A stretch of DNA of 63,286 bases, filler included, from Kipferlia bialata (GCA_003568945.1; 5 parts of 5 records of this genome joined end to end with filler, not necessarily neighbours in it); one strand, 5' to 3'; shown: positions 44,444 to 57,419, numbered from the whole stretch's first letter. Program-made: numbers and translations. The notes: a model not told the origin generated them from the letters alone.

Positions 44444-47400
44444 GCTATCTATATATATATTAGTATCACCTTGGCACCCTCAGTGATGTCTGCTGCAGAC
44501 ATGACTTGACAGCTGAGGTATCAGCAGCCAGGGAAAGGGAGAGAGACACCAGGGCCTGGAGGTGAGGGTATACTCATGCACATATATTCATATACATACA
44601 TATTCATATATGTGTATATGCATATATATAATCGTCAGACACACACCTGTCTGAGTGCCTTAGGTCTCACCCTCAGCAGCGTATACTATATATAACACTC
44701 TATGTATCAATATGTATCTTCATACATATAAGTATAACATTGTCTATACCTGTCTGAGTGCCTTGGGCCTCACCCTCAGCCATGTATATACACATATATA
44801 TATACACACAATATAAATATATGTGCGTATACATGTATATAGATAGATACTATGTACACAATACCTGTCTGAGTGCCTTGGCCCTCACCCTCAGCAGCGT
44901 GTGCATATATACATAATATAAATCTATATACAGTATATATATACATCTATATACACACATACCTGTCTGAGTGCCTTGGGCCTCACCCTCAGCAGCGTGT
45001 GCACTGCACTGAAGTACACAGCCATCTGGGGGTTGAGGCCGTCCTTGGTGGGGATGACGAGGCGGATGGTGTCGGTGCCTGGGGTTGGAATATAGCTGTA
45101 CAGTCTGTAAACATATATATCCATACACTTGCTCACCTGTTGCGTTGGGTCCCTTCCGTGGCACCTGCACAGGGTATGTGGTCTCACTGTACACCTGGCG
45201 CCACAGCTGCTCGAGGGTCTTCCTGGAGAGTGAGCGGTAGAACAGGGTAATCATATAATCATATTATATGATAGATTTATTATGATAGTCCACTAACAGT
45301 GCACTAGACGCAAGCGACAAGAGATGTATACATATTTCTACACCAACACATCTATATATGTATCTCTCACTATACATATACACACACCTGAATGGCAGGT
45401 CTGCATCGAGTGCCGCCTCATGTAGTGCTGCACCTCTCTCTCTCTCTCTATATATATATATATTCATATATAAGTACACTCCCTCTACCTGAATGGCAGG
45501 TCTGCGTCTAGTGCCGCCTCGTGTAGTGCTGCACCCCCAATAGATAGGGCATCCTCCCTCACAACCACACAGGAGGGGTGGATCAACCAGCCCTGGGCCT
45601 AGGGTCAGGGAGGTATATATATATTCATTTACTCTTTATTATACTGTTACACAATATATGAGTACACACAGCTCATACCGGGTTCTCCACACTGGCAGGC
45701 AGGAATGATATGTCTATGCCCCCTGTGCTGGAGGATAGCTTGACTAGGCCGGCCTCGACCTTGAGGGACACGCCCTGGGGTGAGTGCTATATATATATAT
45801 ATATAAGATAGTATAGTATATATAGGACACTATACTATATATATGACAGCTTGACAAGGCCGCCCTCCACCTTGAGGGACACACCCTGGGGTGAGACACA
45901 TGAATATATATAGGATATATAGGATATTAATCTATACACATGATACTGAGACTGAGGCCGCCCTCCACCTTGAGGGACACGCCCTGGGGGTTAGTATACA
46001 ATGTAAATATGATGTATAATGGATATTAGTACACAATATTCAAGTATATAATTATGAGTGTTCATGAAAGAATATATAGTACCAATATAAAGTGTACCTG
46101 GCGTGAGACTTCGCATTGCGATACATATATTCACATAGGTATAGGTATAGATATCCGTTGCTTAGTATATATATAGTAATCATGGGTACATACCTTTGGG
46201 ATGACGCTGCCCATGAGCATGTCTCTCTCTCTCTCCTCCAGCCACTCTATTAGAGTGTCAGGTGGGGGGTCAATGCGGTTCTAGGGTAAGTGCCATGCAT
46301 ATACAGGGTTATGAGGGTTAGTAAGACACACACTCTACATCATTAACATACTAAGATACATTATACCCCTACCTGCAGTATCTGCCCTATGGCCCTGTAG
46401 TCCCCACTGGCCACAGTGTCAATGGCCCTGGGGGGTGAGGGAATTCAATTATATATATAGGCATGTATATATTAAATGCATATATACATTAATATTTATG
46501 GCTCTGGCGGGTGAGAAGTATGTATAGATATATAGGAATACAATCAGATATATACAGGAATGGAACATACACATACATACCTGTCCATGGGCAGTCTGGG
46601 CAGTGGCATGTATGCCCTCCTAGGGGGTTCTACAGTGGGCATCTTAGTACCCTCCTATAGGGTTAGATTATGGGAAACATTAAATATATACATATATGCA
46701 TATAATATGTATATATGCTGTATTGCAGTGGGCATCTTGGTACCCTCCTGGGGTGAGGACAATATCAAATGTATATACATCCAAACACATACTTCGTAAA
46801 TATACCAACACTGACTCGAGGCTGTTGTTGATTAACACAATACATTGAAAATTGATACTGTTATATATATACATTCCTTATCATATATAGACTCATACAC
46901 CCACCTGGGGCTGGACCTGGCTGGGCAACCCCCACACCCTTGCCCTGACACCCTCCTCACCAGTGACCAGGGAGGTACAGCCCACAAACAGACCCTGGTG
47001 TAAGGATATAAGAGATGTATATGGTAGATGTATATATATATATATGAATAGACAGTCAGTAAGGAGGTACAGCCCACAAACAGACCCTGGGATAAGTTGT
47101 ATAACAGAAAGAAATATCGGTGTATATATAGTAGTATAGTGTACACATATTTCACCAGGGAGGTACAGTCAACAAACAGACCCTGGGCGTGAGATGAATA
47201 CATAGATATATATATATATATATATGTACAGGGAGGTGCAGCCAACAAAGAGGCCCTGAGGGTAAGGATATATAAGATGTATATATGATAAATAATAAGA
47301 ATATTGTAGATGTACACTAAATATATATGTCACCAGAGGTACATCCCACAAACAGACCCTGGGATAAGATGGATAGAAGAGCATATGTCTGTACTAGAAG

Positions 47401-47712
47401 TATCCACAAACAGACCCTGGGGGTGAGTACATAGGACATTACAACATATCAATGAATGTATATGTTCTGGAATGGAAGGGTGTATACCTGCGCACTGAGC
47501 CCAGTGTCACAATACATAAGAGTACACAATAACATACAAATAGTCATAGAAATATATGCATCCAGCACAGCTCACCATGTTAACATATATGTAAAATACA
47601 CACCTGCGCACTGATGTCCATGCATGTGTCCAGTGTCACAATGTCACCCCTCGGCCCAAACTGCCAGGTGGACTTGACAATGCCATAGCCCTTGATCAAG
47701 AGGGCTATGGCT
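31927..47712 (-). CDS. MED14: Very large multi-exon gene, probable divergent Mediator subunit 14 (both ends truncated)
   Basis: About 40 or more GC-rich exons, all on the minus strand. Spliced PLPRLPMDRAIDTVASGDYRAIGQILQNRIDPPPD...MLMGSVIPKGVSLKVEAGLVKLSS resembles the MED14 N-terminal block as I recall it (RLPxFAIPxAIDVLTTGxYPRLP...LP...LTVANGRVKF). The gene itself is well supported; the identity is tentative. Confidence 0.5.
33191..47630 (-). repeat. Intronic tandem partial copies of exon edges (about 30 clusters)
   Basis: Examples: 4 copies of acctgtctgagtgcctt at ~44645/44748/44862/44961; 6 copies of cccacaaacagaccctgg-like at 46970-47420; 4 copies of gccctgtgcagctgta-like at 43370-43705. 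Confidence 0.92.
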
Positions 47713-47724
47713 GGGGGGTCAGAC

Positions 47725-47775
<51 letters not shown>

Positions 47776-47875
47776 NNNNNNNNNNNNNNNNNNNNNNNNN
47801 NNNNNNNNNNNNNNNNNNNTTAATTAATTAANNNNNNNNNNNNNNNNNNNNNNNNNNNNNNNNNNNNNNNNNNNN
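47776..47875. other. Artificial contig linker
   Basis: 44 N + TTAATTAATTAA + 44 N, preceded by a (TA)n(GA)n microsatellite. Confidence 0.98.
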
Positions 47876-47919
47876 GCTCTTCCCAAGGTTTTCCCCCCCC
47901 CCCCCCCCCCCCCCCCCCC

Positions 47920-48240
47920 TCCCTCTCGCTGCTTCCTTGCTCATCCATCAGGACAGCGATGTCCTCATCCACGCCCTGCTCCCATACGTGTGGTCCGAGA
48001 CCGGCATTGATGAGGTGGGGTCTTCCAAGCACCTCCACCATAATCCTTCATTCTACCAGTATACTCTAGATAAGCTGTAGTCACTCACCCCCCCCAGATC
48101 CTCATGGCCGGCACCATCATCCACCCCTCCCTCACAGAGGTCCTCAGGGGGTGTCTCTTCAACGTCAGGGCCAAGCTGCTGGCAGAGGGCGTCGAGATGA
48201 ACCCTCTCGCACGCTACATGGCATAAGTGATACAGGTCAC
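47920..48240 (-). CDS. Possible fragment of a hypothetical gene
   Basis: Two GC-rich acidic exon-like segments (LDALCQQLGPDVEETPPEDL; LGRPHLINAGLGPHVWEQGVDEDIAVL) separated by a gtgagt...ag intron. Confidence 0.3.
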
Positions 48241-48487
48241 GTATCTCAACGGGAAGTAGATTGTGTGTGTTTTCCACGGTTCCACGCCGCGGCTACCGTG
48301 GCTGTTAGTGGTTATTGAGCGTTGCCATTAGACTCATAAATGACCAGGTCTGGGTATTATTAAGCTCACATGCGTGTAGTATGGGATCGTGTATCTTGAT
48401 ATACTGTTGGAGAGAAAGGGGCTAGAAAACAAAAATGCTGTTGGCTTCCCTGTTCAGTGTCTCTTCATCACACATACACACACACAA

Positions 48488-49678
48488 ATGGGTTGGTTTG
48501 GAAAGAAGCAGCAGAAGGCTGCCCCCCTGTCCCCTATGGAGTCTATCCAGGCTGTGAATGGCCAGCTGCAGACACTAGGTGCGGGAGGTTTTCATGTCAA
48601 GAACACGATAGACCCATCTTTTAAAAGACACTTTTGTAGTCCTGTACTGACTCCCAGATGCCAAGATCGTCGACATGGAGCAGAGGACACTCAAGTTCAA
48701 GCAGCAGGCTCAGGCATACATGAAGGGTGAGATCATAAACCTCTGTTTTCTGTTTTTAGCCCTTCTTTCTGTGTCTTCACCGCAACACGGTCATGTATTA
48801 TTGGGTTATCAACGGTTCTCGTTAGTTGTGTGAGTGATGTGTGTGGATGGGTTGTAGGATACCAGCTTGTCCCCCATGTGGTGCTTTGCAGGGAGTGTAT
48901 GTATTCAGGGCCTTGGATTTATGTACATGGTATATTTTTGTCTTTCCCTGATATCTTCTCAGAGTTATACAGTGTGTCCCGGTGTGGCTTACATTAGTCT
49001 ATGTTAGTACACTGTATCCCCATGCACTTTCCTGTGGTATCCTTCCTTCCTCTGCCTCTTTTATAGATATCTCACGACTCTCACCCCAGCTGGCCAGAAG
49101 AGCCAGGCTGTCAACTACCTCAAGCAGAGCAAGATGACACAGGGGCAGGTGAGGGCACACTGCACCATGATTGCCTCGATTAGTATATATATAGTGGTGG
49201 GGTTATGGGTGGATTATGTGTTCGGTGTCGTTGAGAGAAGTGTTTTACCATGAGGTTTAGGCATATGACCATCCTCTGAACCTGTTCGGTGTCTTCTTAT
49301 ACCTTGTTAGTGGTGCTGAATCTTGTCTGTATTGATATATGAAGCGTTAAGTCTTCCCTTACTCCTCACCATCTTCTTCTCTCTCTCTCTGACTCACTCC
49401 AGGTGTCCCAGCTCCAGAACCAGCGCCAGATGCTGCAGTCCTCCATCTTTGACATGGAGAACGCCATGTCCACCGTGGAGATTGTCAGCACAATGGAGAA
49501 GACCAACCAGTACATGGGTGGGTACAAATGCAACAATATGGCATCAATATACACTCTCCCTCTCCCTCTATTTTATCAGTATTATTAACCTTCAGGAGTG
49601 GTCACTGCCCAGCTGAAGCCCGAGCGTATGGATGCCGTGGTGTCCCAGGCCCAGGAGCAGAAGGACGACATGCGTGAG
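48488..49678 (+). CDS. Snf7-family ESCRT-III subunit (C-terminus missing)
   Basis: MGWFGKKQQK...ESIQAVNGQLQTLDAKI...KSQAVNYLKQSKM...QLQNQRQMLQSSIFDMENAMSTVEIVSTMEKT...ERMDAVVSQAQEQKDDMRE. The Vps32/Vps60/Vps20 subfamily is unresolved. Confidence 0.85.
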
Positions 49679-49795
49679 GTACCTCTTCATCTGCTCTCTT
49701 TCATGATATATATACTTTAGATATTCCTACCCACCAGTTATGCATCATTTGATTTCATCCCCCTCTTTGTGCCCCCCCCCCCCCCCCCCTCTCCC

Positions 49796-49834
<39 letters not shown>

Positions 49835-49939
49835 TACTCAACCTGGTATCCATCCATTTCTCTCTCTCTCTCTGATCTCTCTCTCTTTCTGCCAGGGTGT
49901 CTTTCCTATCTTGGTCTGATATATGTCCTATCTCTGTCT

Positions 49940-49975
<36 letters not shown>

Positions 49976-50114
49976 CCCAGTCTGAGATCCTCCCAACCCT
50001 CCTGATAGCTGGTCTCTCTCTCTCTCTCTATCTCTCTATCTCTCTCTTATCCCAGTCTGAGATCCTCCCCACCCTCTTGATAGCTGGTCTCTCTCTCTCT
50101 CTCTCTCATTCCAG

Positions 50115-53100
50115 TCTGAGATCCTCCCCACCCTCTTGATAGCTGGTCTCTCCCTGGGCCTTGCACTGGTCATACTCACAGATAAGGTATAAGTATAAGG
50201 TACTAGTATATATATACGCATATATATAATAAGGTGCATATCACATACATATTCATGTATCACTGTATGTGTGTCACATACAACTGGTCTATCCCTGGGC
50301 CTTGCACTGGTCATGCTCACAGACAAGGTATATACATACAGACATGGTTGACATAGTATAGTTTCATTGTCGGCGTATTGATGCAGATATTGCCTTGCAC
50401 TGTATATACTCACTGATAAGGTATCCCCCCCTCCCCTCACTTAGTCGCATATTCTCTCACGATAGAACATACGCCCCTTCGTATACTTCCATCGTTCATG
50501 CCTGTTCTTATACACACTGTTTCCGCGACACCCGATCTTCTCTAAGTATTAATCTATAACCTATAAATATACGAGTAGATATCTCCTATTGCCCTTCCCT
50601 CACCCCAGAACATGCGCTCATTCGTGTACTTCCAGGCAGTTGGGTTCGGTGAGTGGTGTTATCCCCCCCCCCCCGCCCCTCCGTCTCTCTCTCTATTTGC
50701 CCTTGTACCTCTGGACAGAAGTCACTACCTATGGAATATCACCACAGATATTCTCTGTTTTCCTTCTATTTCATGGCGTGTTAACCCTAGCACTCACCGA
50801 GAACTCTATTGCCTGTGCATCTCGCATATGGAAGTCTGGGTACCCAGCCAACGTATATATACTGCATGGGGCAGGTATTGATTCTATTCAGATTAGATGT
50901 AAAGGTCTAAGACTCATTGTAGACTGCATTCAACCCCCGGTACTATTGTATATTGCACGGGATGAGTGGCTGTCGCATATATATAGTGTGATAATTTCAC
51001 TTCGTCCTATCCAACCCTAACCCTCAGGCCTGGCTACGCGTAGCCCTTGATGTGATTCAGCCCTGTCACCTGTTGATTATGGGGGCAGTACTGCCCTTGC
51101 TTCTCCCCAAGGTATTGATACTATAGACTCCCTGACTCTGTTTGGACTGGATACTGAATATTCGTGAATATTAATATACATTATTCTCTCTCTGACAGAG
51201 TGACTCAAGTAACACTGTGGTGTATACATAAACATATACTTATATATATATATATATGCCACTAACCCCTAGCACTCCCGTCTCCTGAGAGCAGCCAACA
51301 GGAAGCGATGGATAATCAATGGGTTCCCATTCATACTAGGTACACTAACTATTTGCCATTGGTGCCTGCTCACTATTTGGCCTCTTGTCTCTACCCTCTT
51401 CCCTGTACCAACAGGGACTCGGTATCATAGTTTACGCATGTGTGTATGGTTTTGTATAGTAATGTCACGTTAGGCCCCCTTGTCTCCACCTTCTTCCTGT
51501 GCCAACAGGCACTTATAACCAGTACATGTATTAATATATATCAGAATGTCTACATCTACCAGATACTTACGCACAGGCCCCGTAGTTGCCACCTTCTGTC
51601 TTTCCCAGCAGGCTCTGGGCATAGGGTGTCAGGAGGGGGGCAGGGACTACTGCTGGATCGCATTCAGTGAGTGGTCTTAGTATACATAGCTCTATACTCT
51701 ACTGATATATACTATTTCTTTACATCTTTATATAGGAGAATGAATTACTGTAACGTCGTATATAGTTGGGTGGTCCATGTACATACGCCAATCCAGCCGC
51801 AGTAGAGGCCTCTCTTTTTTGATACATACTCAAGTCTGGTTGTTTGTAGCAGTGGATATTCACCCCTCAGACGCCCCCGCCTGGTACAAGTTCCTCGCCT
51901 TCTACGGGTGGATATTCCTGTTCGGGGTCGTGACAACAGGTGAAACTATGATCATGTATATTCATATTTGTATATGCTCTCAATAGTTTGTGATAAGTGG
52001 TCAATGGTGGTGACAATCTATCTAGAGAATGTATGTGTATTGGATATCTAAAGATCCTGTATCTCACCTCAGTTGGTGTCATCTACACCATAGTTATAGT
52101 CAACCGAGAGGCCAGAGTGAGAAGGATGGTACGTTCTAGATGCATCTGGAGGGACTCAAACCTGGCAGTATATGAATACTCTTTCCTATCTCTTTCTCAC
52201 GGGAGTTGTTCCCACACATATATGTATATACTATTGTGTGTGTATGTGTATTATATATGAACTATTCATTATACCCAGGATTCGCTACACTACGATATAT
52301 CATACTATAACTTCTTCTTATAGAATGGTATCTTCTATGTACATAGTGTCACTGACCCTAGCTCTCCTCCCACAATGGAGCTGACGGTGTCTCCCTAGAT
52401 CCCACGTATACTAGGACATGTTTAGATATACTCTATATATACTATATTGTAGTATCGTTTTAACCCTGACTCTAACACATAGCTGTCAAGCCATCATGCT
52501 GACGGTGTCTCCCTAGATCGCACCAGACATGATGACATCGATGGGCAGGAGACTGCTAGGGAGGAGGGAAGAATGGCTAATAGGTACTTACTTAATACGA
52601 GTCTGAGTATATGTGTGGCAAGAATAGGATTTAGACGATATATATATATTTATATATATATATACACATATAGTATATGTAGTACATTTTATCTATTGTG
52701 TACTACTTCATTCTCTCTGACCCCCAGATTCAAGAGGATGTTCATACTTCCCATCTTCAGTGCACTCATATGGACACCGCCAGCAGTCAGGAGGTATGGC
52801 TATACTGAAGTATGCACTAGTATGCTATATTCACGCATATTGTATGGAATACAGGTTCAAGAACACTGTATGTCCCCTGACCCCTAGGATACTGCAGTCC
52901 ACCCAGCCGGACAGAGTGGAGAACCCCATATGGCCCACGGTACGTGTGACTGATCATAGAACACACTACTGCATTCTCTACTGATCCTTTGCGTCATATT
53001 GTGGGTAGAGATTTGTGTCAATATGGATGTATCCTTGTCACAAATACTGTTTCGATATTATGTATATGGGTGTATTTATATATATGTGTATTGAAACATT

Positions 53101-53188
53101 TATGTATACGCGTGGATCTCACCCCCAGGTGCACATGGTCTGCAACTGGGCATATTCATATTCCCGTGTCACAAATACTGTATCGATA

Positions 53189-53232
<44 letters not shown>

Positions 53233-53947
53233 CTTGGTGCACATGTATACATATGTATATATAAATTCATCAGTCTGACCCCCAGGTGCACATGGTCTGT
53301 AACTGGGCATACTCCATTGGGCTCATTGTGATCACAGCACTCAACACCCAGGTACCGTATTACTCCACGCAATATGGATATTCGTTAGCAATTCTTTGTG
53401 TCAGAAAATATTTGACTTTGATATAGATTTATCTTCTAATGTGGTTATAGGTACTCTCAGTATTGTAGTCAAGTATGTCATGTCTCATCCCAGGTCCTTA
53501 GACGCCTCCTGTGCATGGGTGCCCCAGTCCCAGGTATATATATGCATACATATATATATATATAGAGAGAGAGAGAGCCATATATGTACTGACAATACAC
53601 TGACACTGACCCTCTTACAATACAATTTGTGGTATCTGTTGTGTATATGAATATATAATGAACTGTTGGTGCCCCAGTCCCAGGTACAGATATAAGTATA
53701 TATATGGACACACATATATGTAGTATTCTGATACTGACACCAGTATATAGTGTATGTGTATTATATGGTATATATAGGTGAATATATATAGACCTTCCTG
53801 TGCATGCATGTGGGTGCCCCAGTCCCAGGTACACTGATACTATGAAAATATCTATGATGTATGATGTGTATACAATGCCTAGACTTTGGTTGTGTTGTTC
53901 TCATCCCAGACCGTGCTACAGTCAGACAGATTCGGAGCCACGTTTAA
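50115..53947 (+). CDS. Seven-transmembrane cAMP-receptor/GCR1-like GPCR-type protein (start not visible)
   Basis: Phase-compatible exons give 7 hydrophobic helices, with ECL2 GGRDYCWI, TM5 FLAFYGWIFL, TM6 FILPIFSALIWTPPAVRRIL and TM7-H8 ITALNTQVLRRLLC. Stop at 53947. Confidence 0.72.
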
Positions 53948-54360
53948 CACTGCCACGCAGTCCATAGGAATCGACTGGATCCAGAGAGCTGTATATGTGG
54001 TTCATGTGAGTTCCTGGACTAGTCTAGTCTTGGTTTATTCAACAAGACGTGACAGTATCCTCTCTTTCTAATGACACGAGACGAGTAACCACTCGTCATA
54101 ACAGTGTCAGTATGTAACAATAGACGTAACAGTTATTGACTATCAATCAGATGGGTAGCTCGAACACACAAAGATCTATTGACATGAGAGTACCCTCTGC
54201 ACACACTCACGATGGTCGCAAGCTACACCCTGGTTCGGATAATACACTATACACCCACAACACACATATACTGAAGAGGTGCGCTCAAACGTTACGTCTC
54301 AACCTTTTCACGTCTCAGTACTCTTTAAACGTAGAACACGCTTAGTAAACGTCCATGCCC

Positions 54361-57300
54361 TCAGTGGAACATGAAGTAGATGGGGTCCTCCACACGAGAG
54401 GCCCAGTCTTCCTAGAGAGTCAGAGTGGAAAGTGCTATGTCTCTATACTATAATCTATATCCCAAAGAGTGATACTAGAAGGTCACAAGAGGATAGTAAC
54501 TTACAATCAATAACCATACATATTCCATACGTACCACATCATGTCCCTCTTCTTCACCAATGACAAAGGCCAGGTCCTCATCCCTCTCCTCATAGCCAAT
54601 GCCCCTGAGGCCAGACATGACCTGGTTGTGAGAACGGTATCCTATAGTCATACCCAACATGATAATATACATAGACAACTACCATATATGTCTCGTATGC
54701 TGCATCATCGACAAGATACCTCCAGCACTAATCTCTCCATATCTATACACACACTATATGCACAACCTGCTAGATCCTTAGCAATTGCCTTGTAAGTTTC
54801 GTATGCCTCATCGTCTACTATTACATAGTACACAGCACGTACATAAAAGGCAAATATATATGTATATAAATACAAACAGTAATATATGCTTTTACCTTGT
54901 AAGTCTCGTATGCCTCATCGTCCAACGTAGTTTGTCACTATCAATATTCTCACATCTATATGTGTACTAAACTAATTTCATATATATCATTAGAAGTAGA
55001 CTATATATATATATCACCTTGTAAGTCTCGTATGCCTCGTCGTCCACAGTAGTATGTCAACATCTATATATTCTAATCTATATGTGTACATATATATCAT
55101 TAGACGTAGACTATATCACCTTGTAAGTCTCGTATGCCTCATCGTCTACAGAGCCAGTAGCGAGGGTATAGGATCCTTCATACAAGGTATCGGTCTCTGT
55201 ATGCATCATTAGTACTGATATTGCCCACTACCTTGTAAGTCTCGTATGCCTCATCGTCTATAGTGCCAGCTGAGAGGTAGATCTTCATGTCTGTGTCCAA
55301 GGTGGAGGATGGGATGACAACATTGTACATGTCCTAGGGTGGGTATCACATCTAAGTTAGTAATCATTTCGGAAGTGTTCACTTTATAGGTTTTTCAATC
55401 ATTTATTAGTAGAGAATAGTCAATGTACTTGTCCTTGGGTATATGACACACACAGATAGATAGTACATAGCATGGATTCCAATTACTTCATGTATATATA
55501 TATGTGGAGAGGATGACAATGTGAATGGTCATATATATTTACCTCATAGAGAATATGCATGTCTCTATACCACATATACGGGTAAGAATTACCTCGTTGT
55601 TCCATGTGTACACTGCAGACATGGCACCCATATATGTGTAGTGAATACTTCAATATACATTCTATCCTACACATACACATATAGTAGATACTTCTATGCT
55701 GTTCTTACCTCGTTGTTCCAGGTGAATATTGAGGACATGGCACCAACCCCACCCCAGGTGTCACCATCCTGGTTCCAGGGGCCCTTGGCAACACCTGGAG
55801 TAAAGTAGTATAGATAACAAATGTGATGAGCAACCGGGTTGTCACACTTGTACACTAGAATACTATATTAACCTGGGTAGCATGGGATGAGACCACCAAC
55901 CTCTATATGTCATAGGAGCCCCAAGATAAATGTGGCTATATAGAAAACAGGATGATGCCACAATGTATACAGTATACATTGTATACATACACCATCATAC
56001 TAACCTGCGTAGCATGAGATGAGACCACCGAGGTCAGAACACAATATATATATTCTACTATATACATATACATATATGTATATACATATATATATATACA
56101 CATATATGCACTCTAACATTACCATACCTGCGTAACATGAGATGAGACCACCGAGGTCAGAGCCAATGAGCATGATGTCCTGGAGTGAGTGGAGACATAC
56201 ATGTATATAGTATATAGTATATATATGTATATGTATGTCCTCAGCATAATGTCCTGAGGTGGGAGAAGAACCAGTGTAGAAAATGGTATTGTTTGTAGAA
56301 CAGAGCACATAGAATGCTAAAATGTGTGAATGAGTACACCGCTGGGTTAACTCCAATCCACCAACTATATACTATACTATCACTATATATGTATTCATAA
56401 TAGAGATATATGTATATATATATATATATATGAACATACCTCTGGCTTGACGTCCACCAGTCCCTCTCCCACCATGGTGTCCAGGGAGGTGAGAACAGTG
56501 TCTAGGGTAAGAGATATTCTATGAATACATATATACCATATCATGGAATATATGTATATTGCCTATATATGAGGATATATGAATTCTGTCCCACCATGGT
56601 GTCCAGGGAGGTCAGCACAGTGTCTGCACAATATAGTATATACATAGAAATGATGATAGAGATACAGTTCATTGGATGTGAGAACACAGTCTGGGATAAG
56701 GAATGAATTCAGACATGAGCCTCGTATTTACATTGTATCATCATGTAGTCTATAAGTGTACTGTCACTGTGGCTTGAGTGTATGTCTACCCGCTATGAAT
56801 GAGAGGTATCTGTCCCCCATCCTACCCTGTCTCATGTATGAGTACTATAAAATATCATATGTATACTCATACACTGTATAGTGTACGTATGTTTACACAT
56901 ATACAACTAGTGTCCCTTACCTGCAATGAATGAGAGGTATCTGTCCCCCATGCCACCTTCCCCTGTCACCACATCCTTGGAGTAGGTGTACTCGTTGGTA
57001 CGGTCATCTATGGTAAGGCTTGAATTCAAATATTGTATAAGTCTTGCGTACACATGTCAGATGTGTGTATATACTATGTCCTTGGAGTAGGTGTACTCGT
57101 TAGTCCTATCTTCTGAGGGTTAACTCAAGTGTGTACATATACACATATATTGTTACTGTACTACATTCATATATACGCATTCATATATATATACGTATAC
57201 ATATATATCTACAAGCACCCATGTGTATGTGTATATGTATGCACACAACATAGCACCTGTTGCGAATAGACCCACAAGCACTAGGTCCTGCACCACTGCT

Positions 57301-57383
57301 GCCTCACTGATCAACTCATCGAGGAGGGAGGACATGTCCCAGGAGCCATTGAGGACACATCTATAGTATGAGATATATATATG

Positions 57384-57419
<36 letters not shown>

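Noticed and set aside
46968..47420. Repeat-spacer pattern resembling a CRISPR array (also 54788-55255)
   Set aside because: The repeats are exon fragments with splice sites, spacers are low-complexity and variable in length, there are no cas genes, and the context is eukaryotic.
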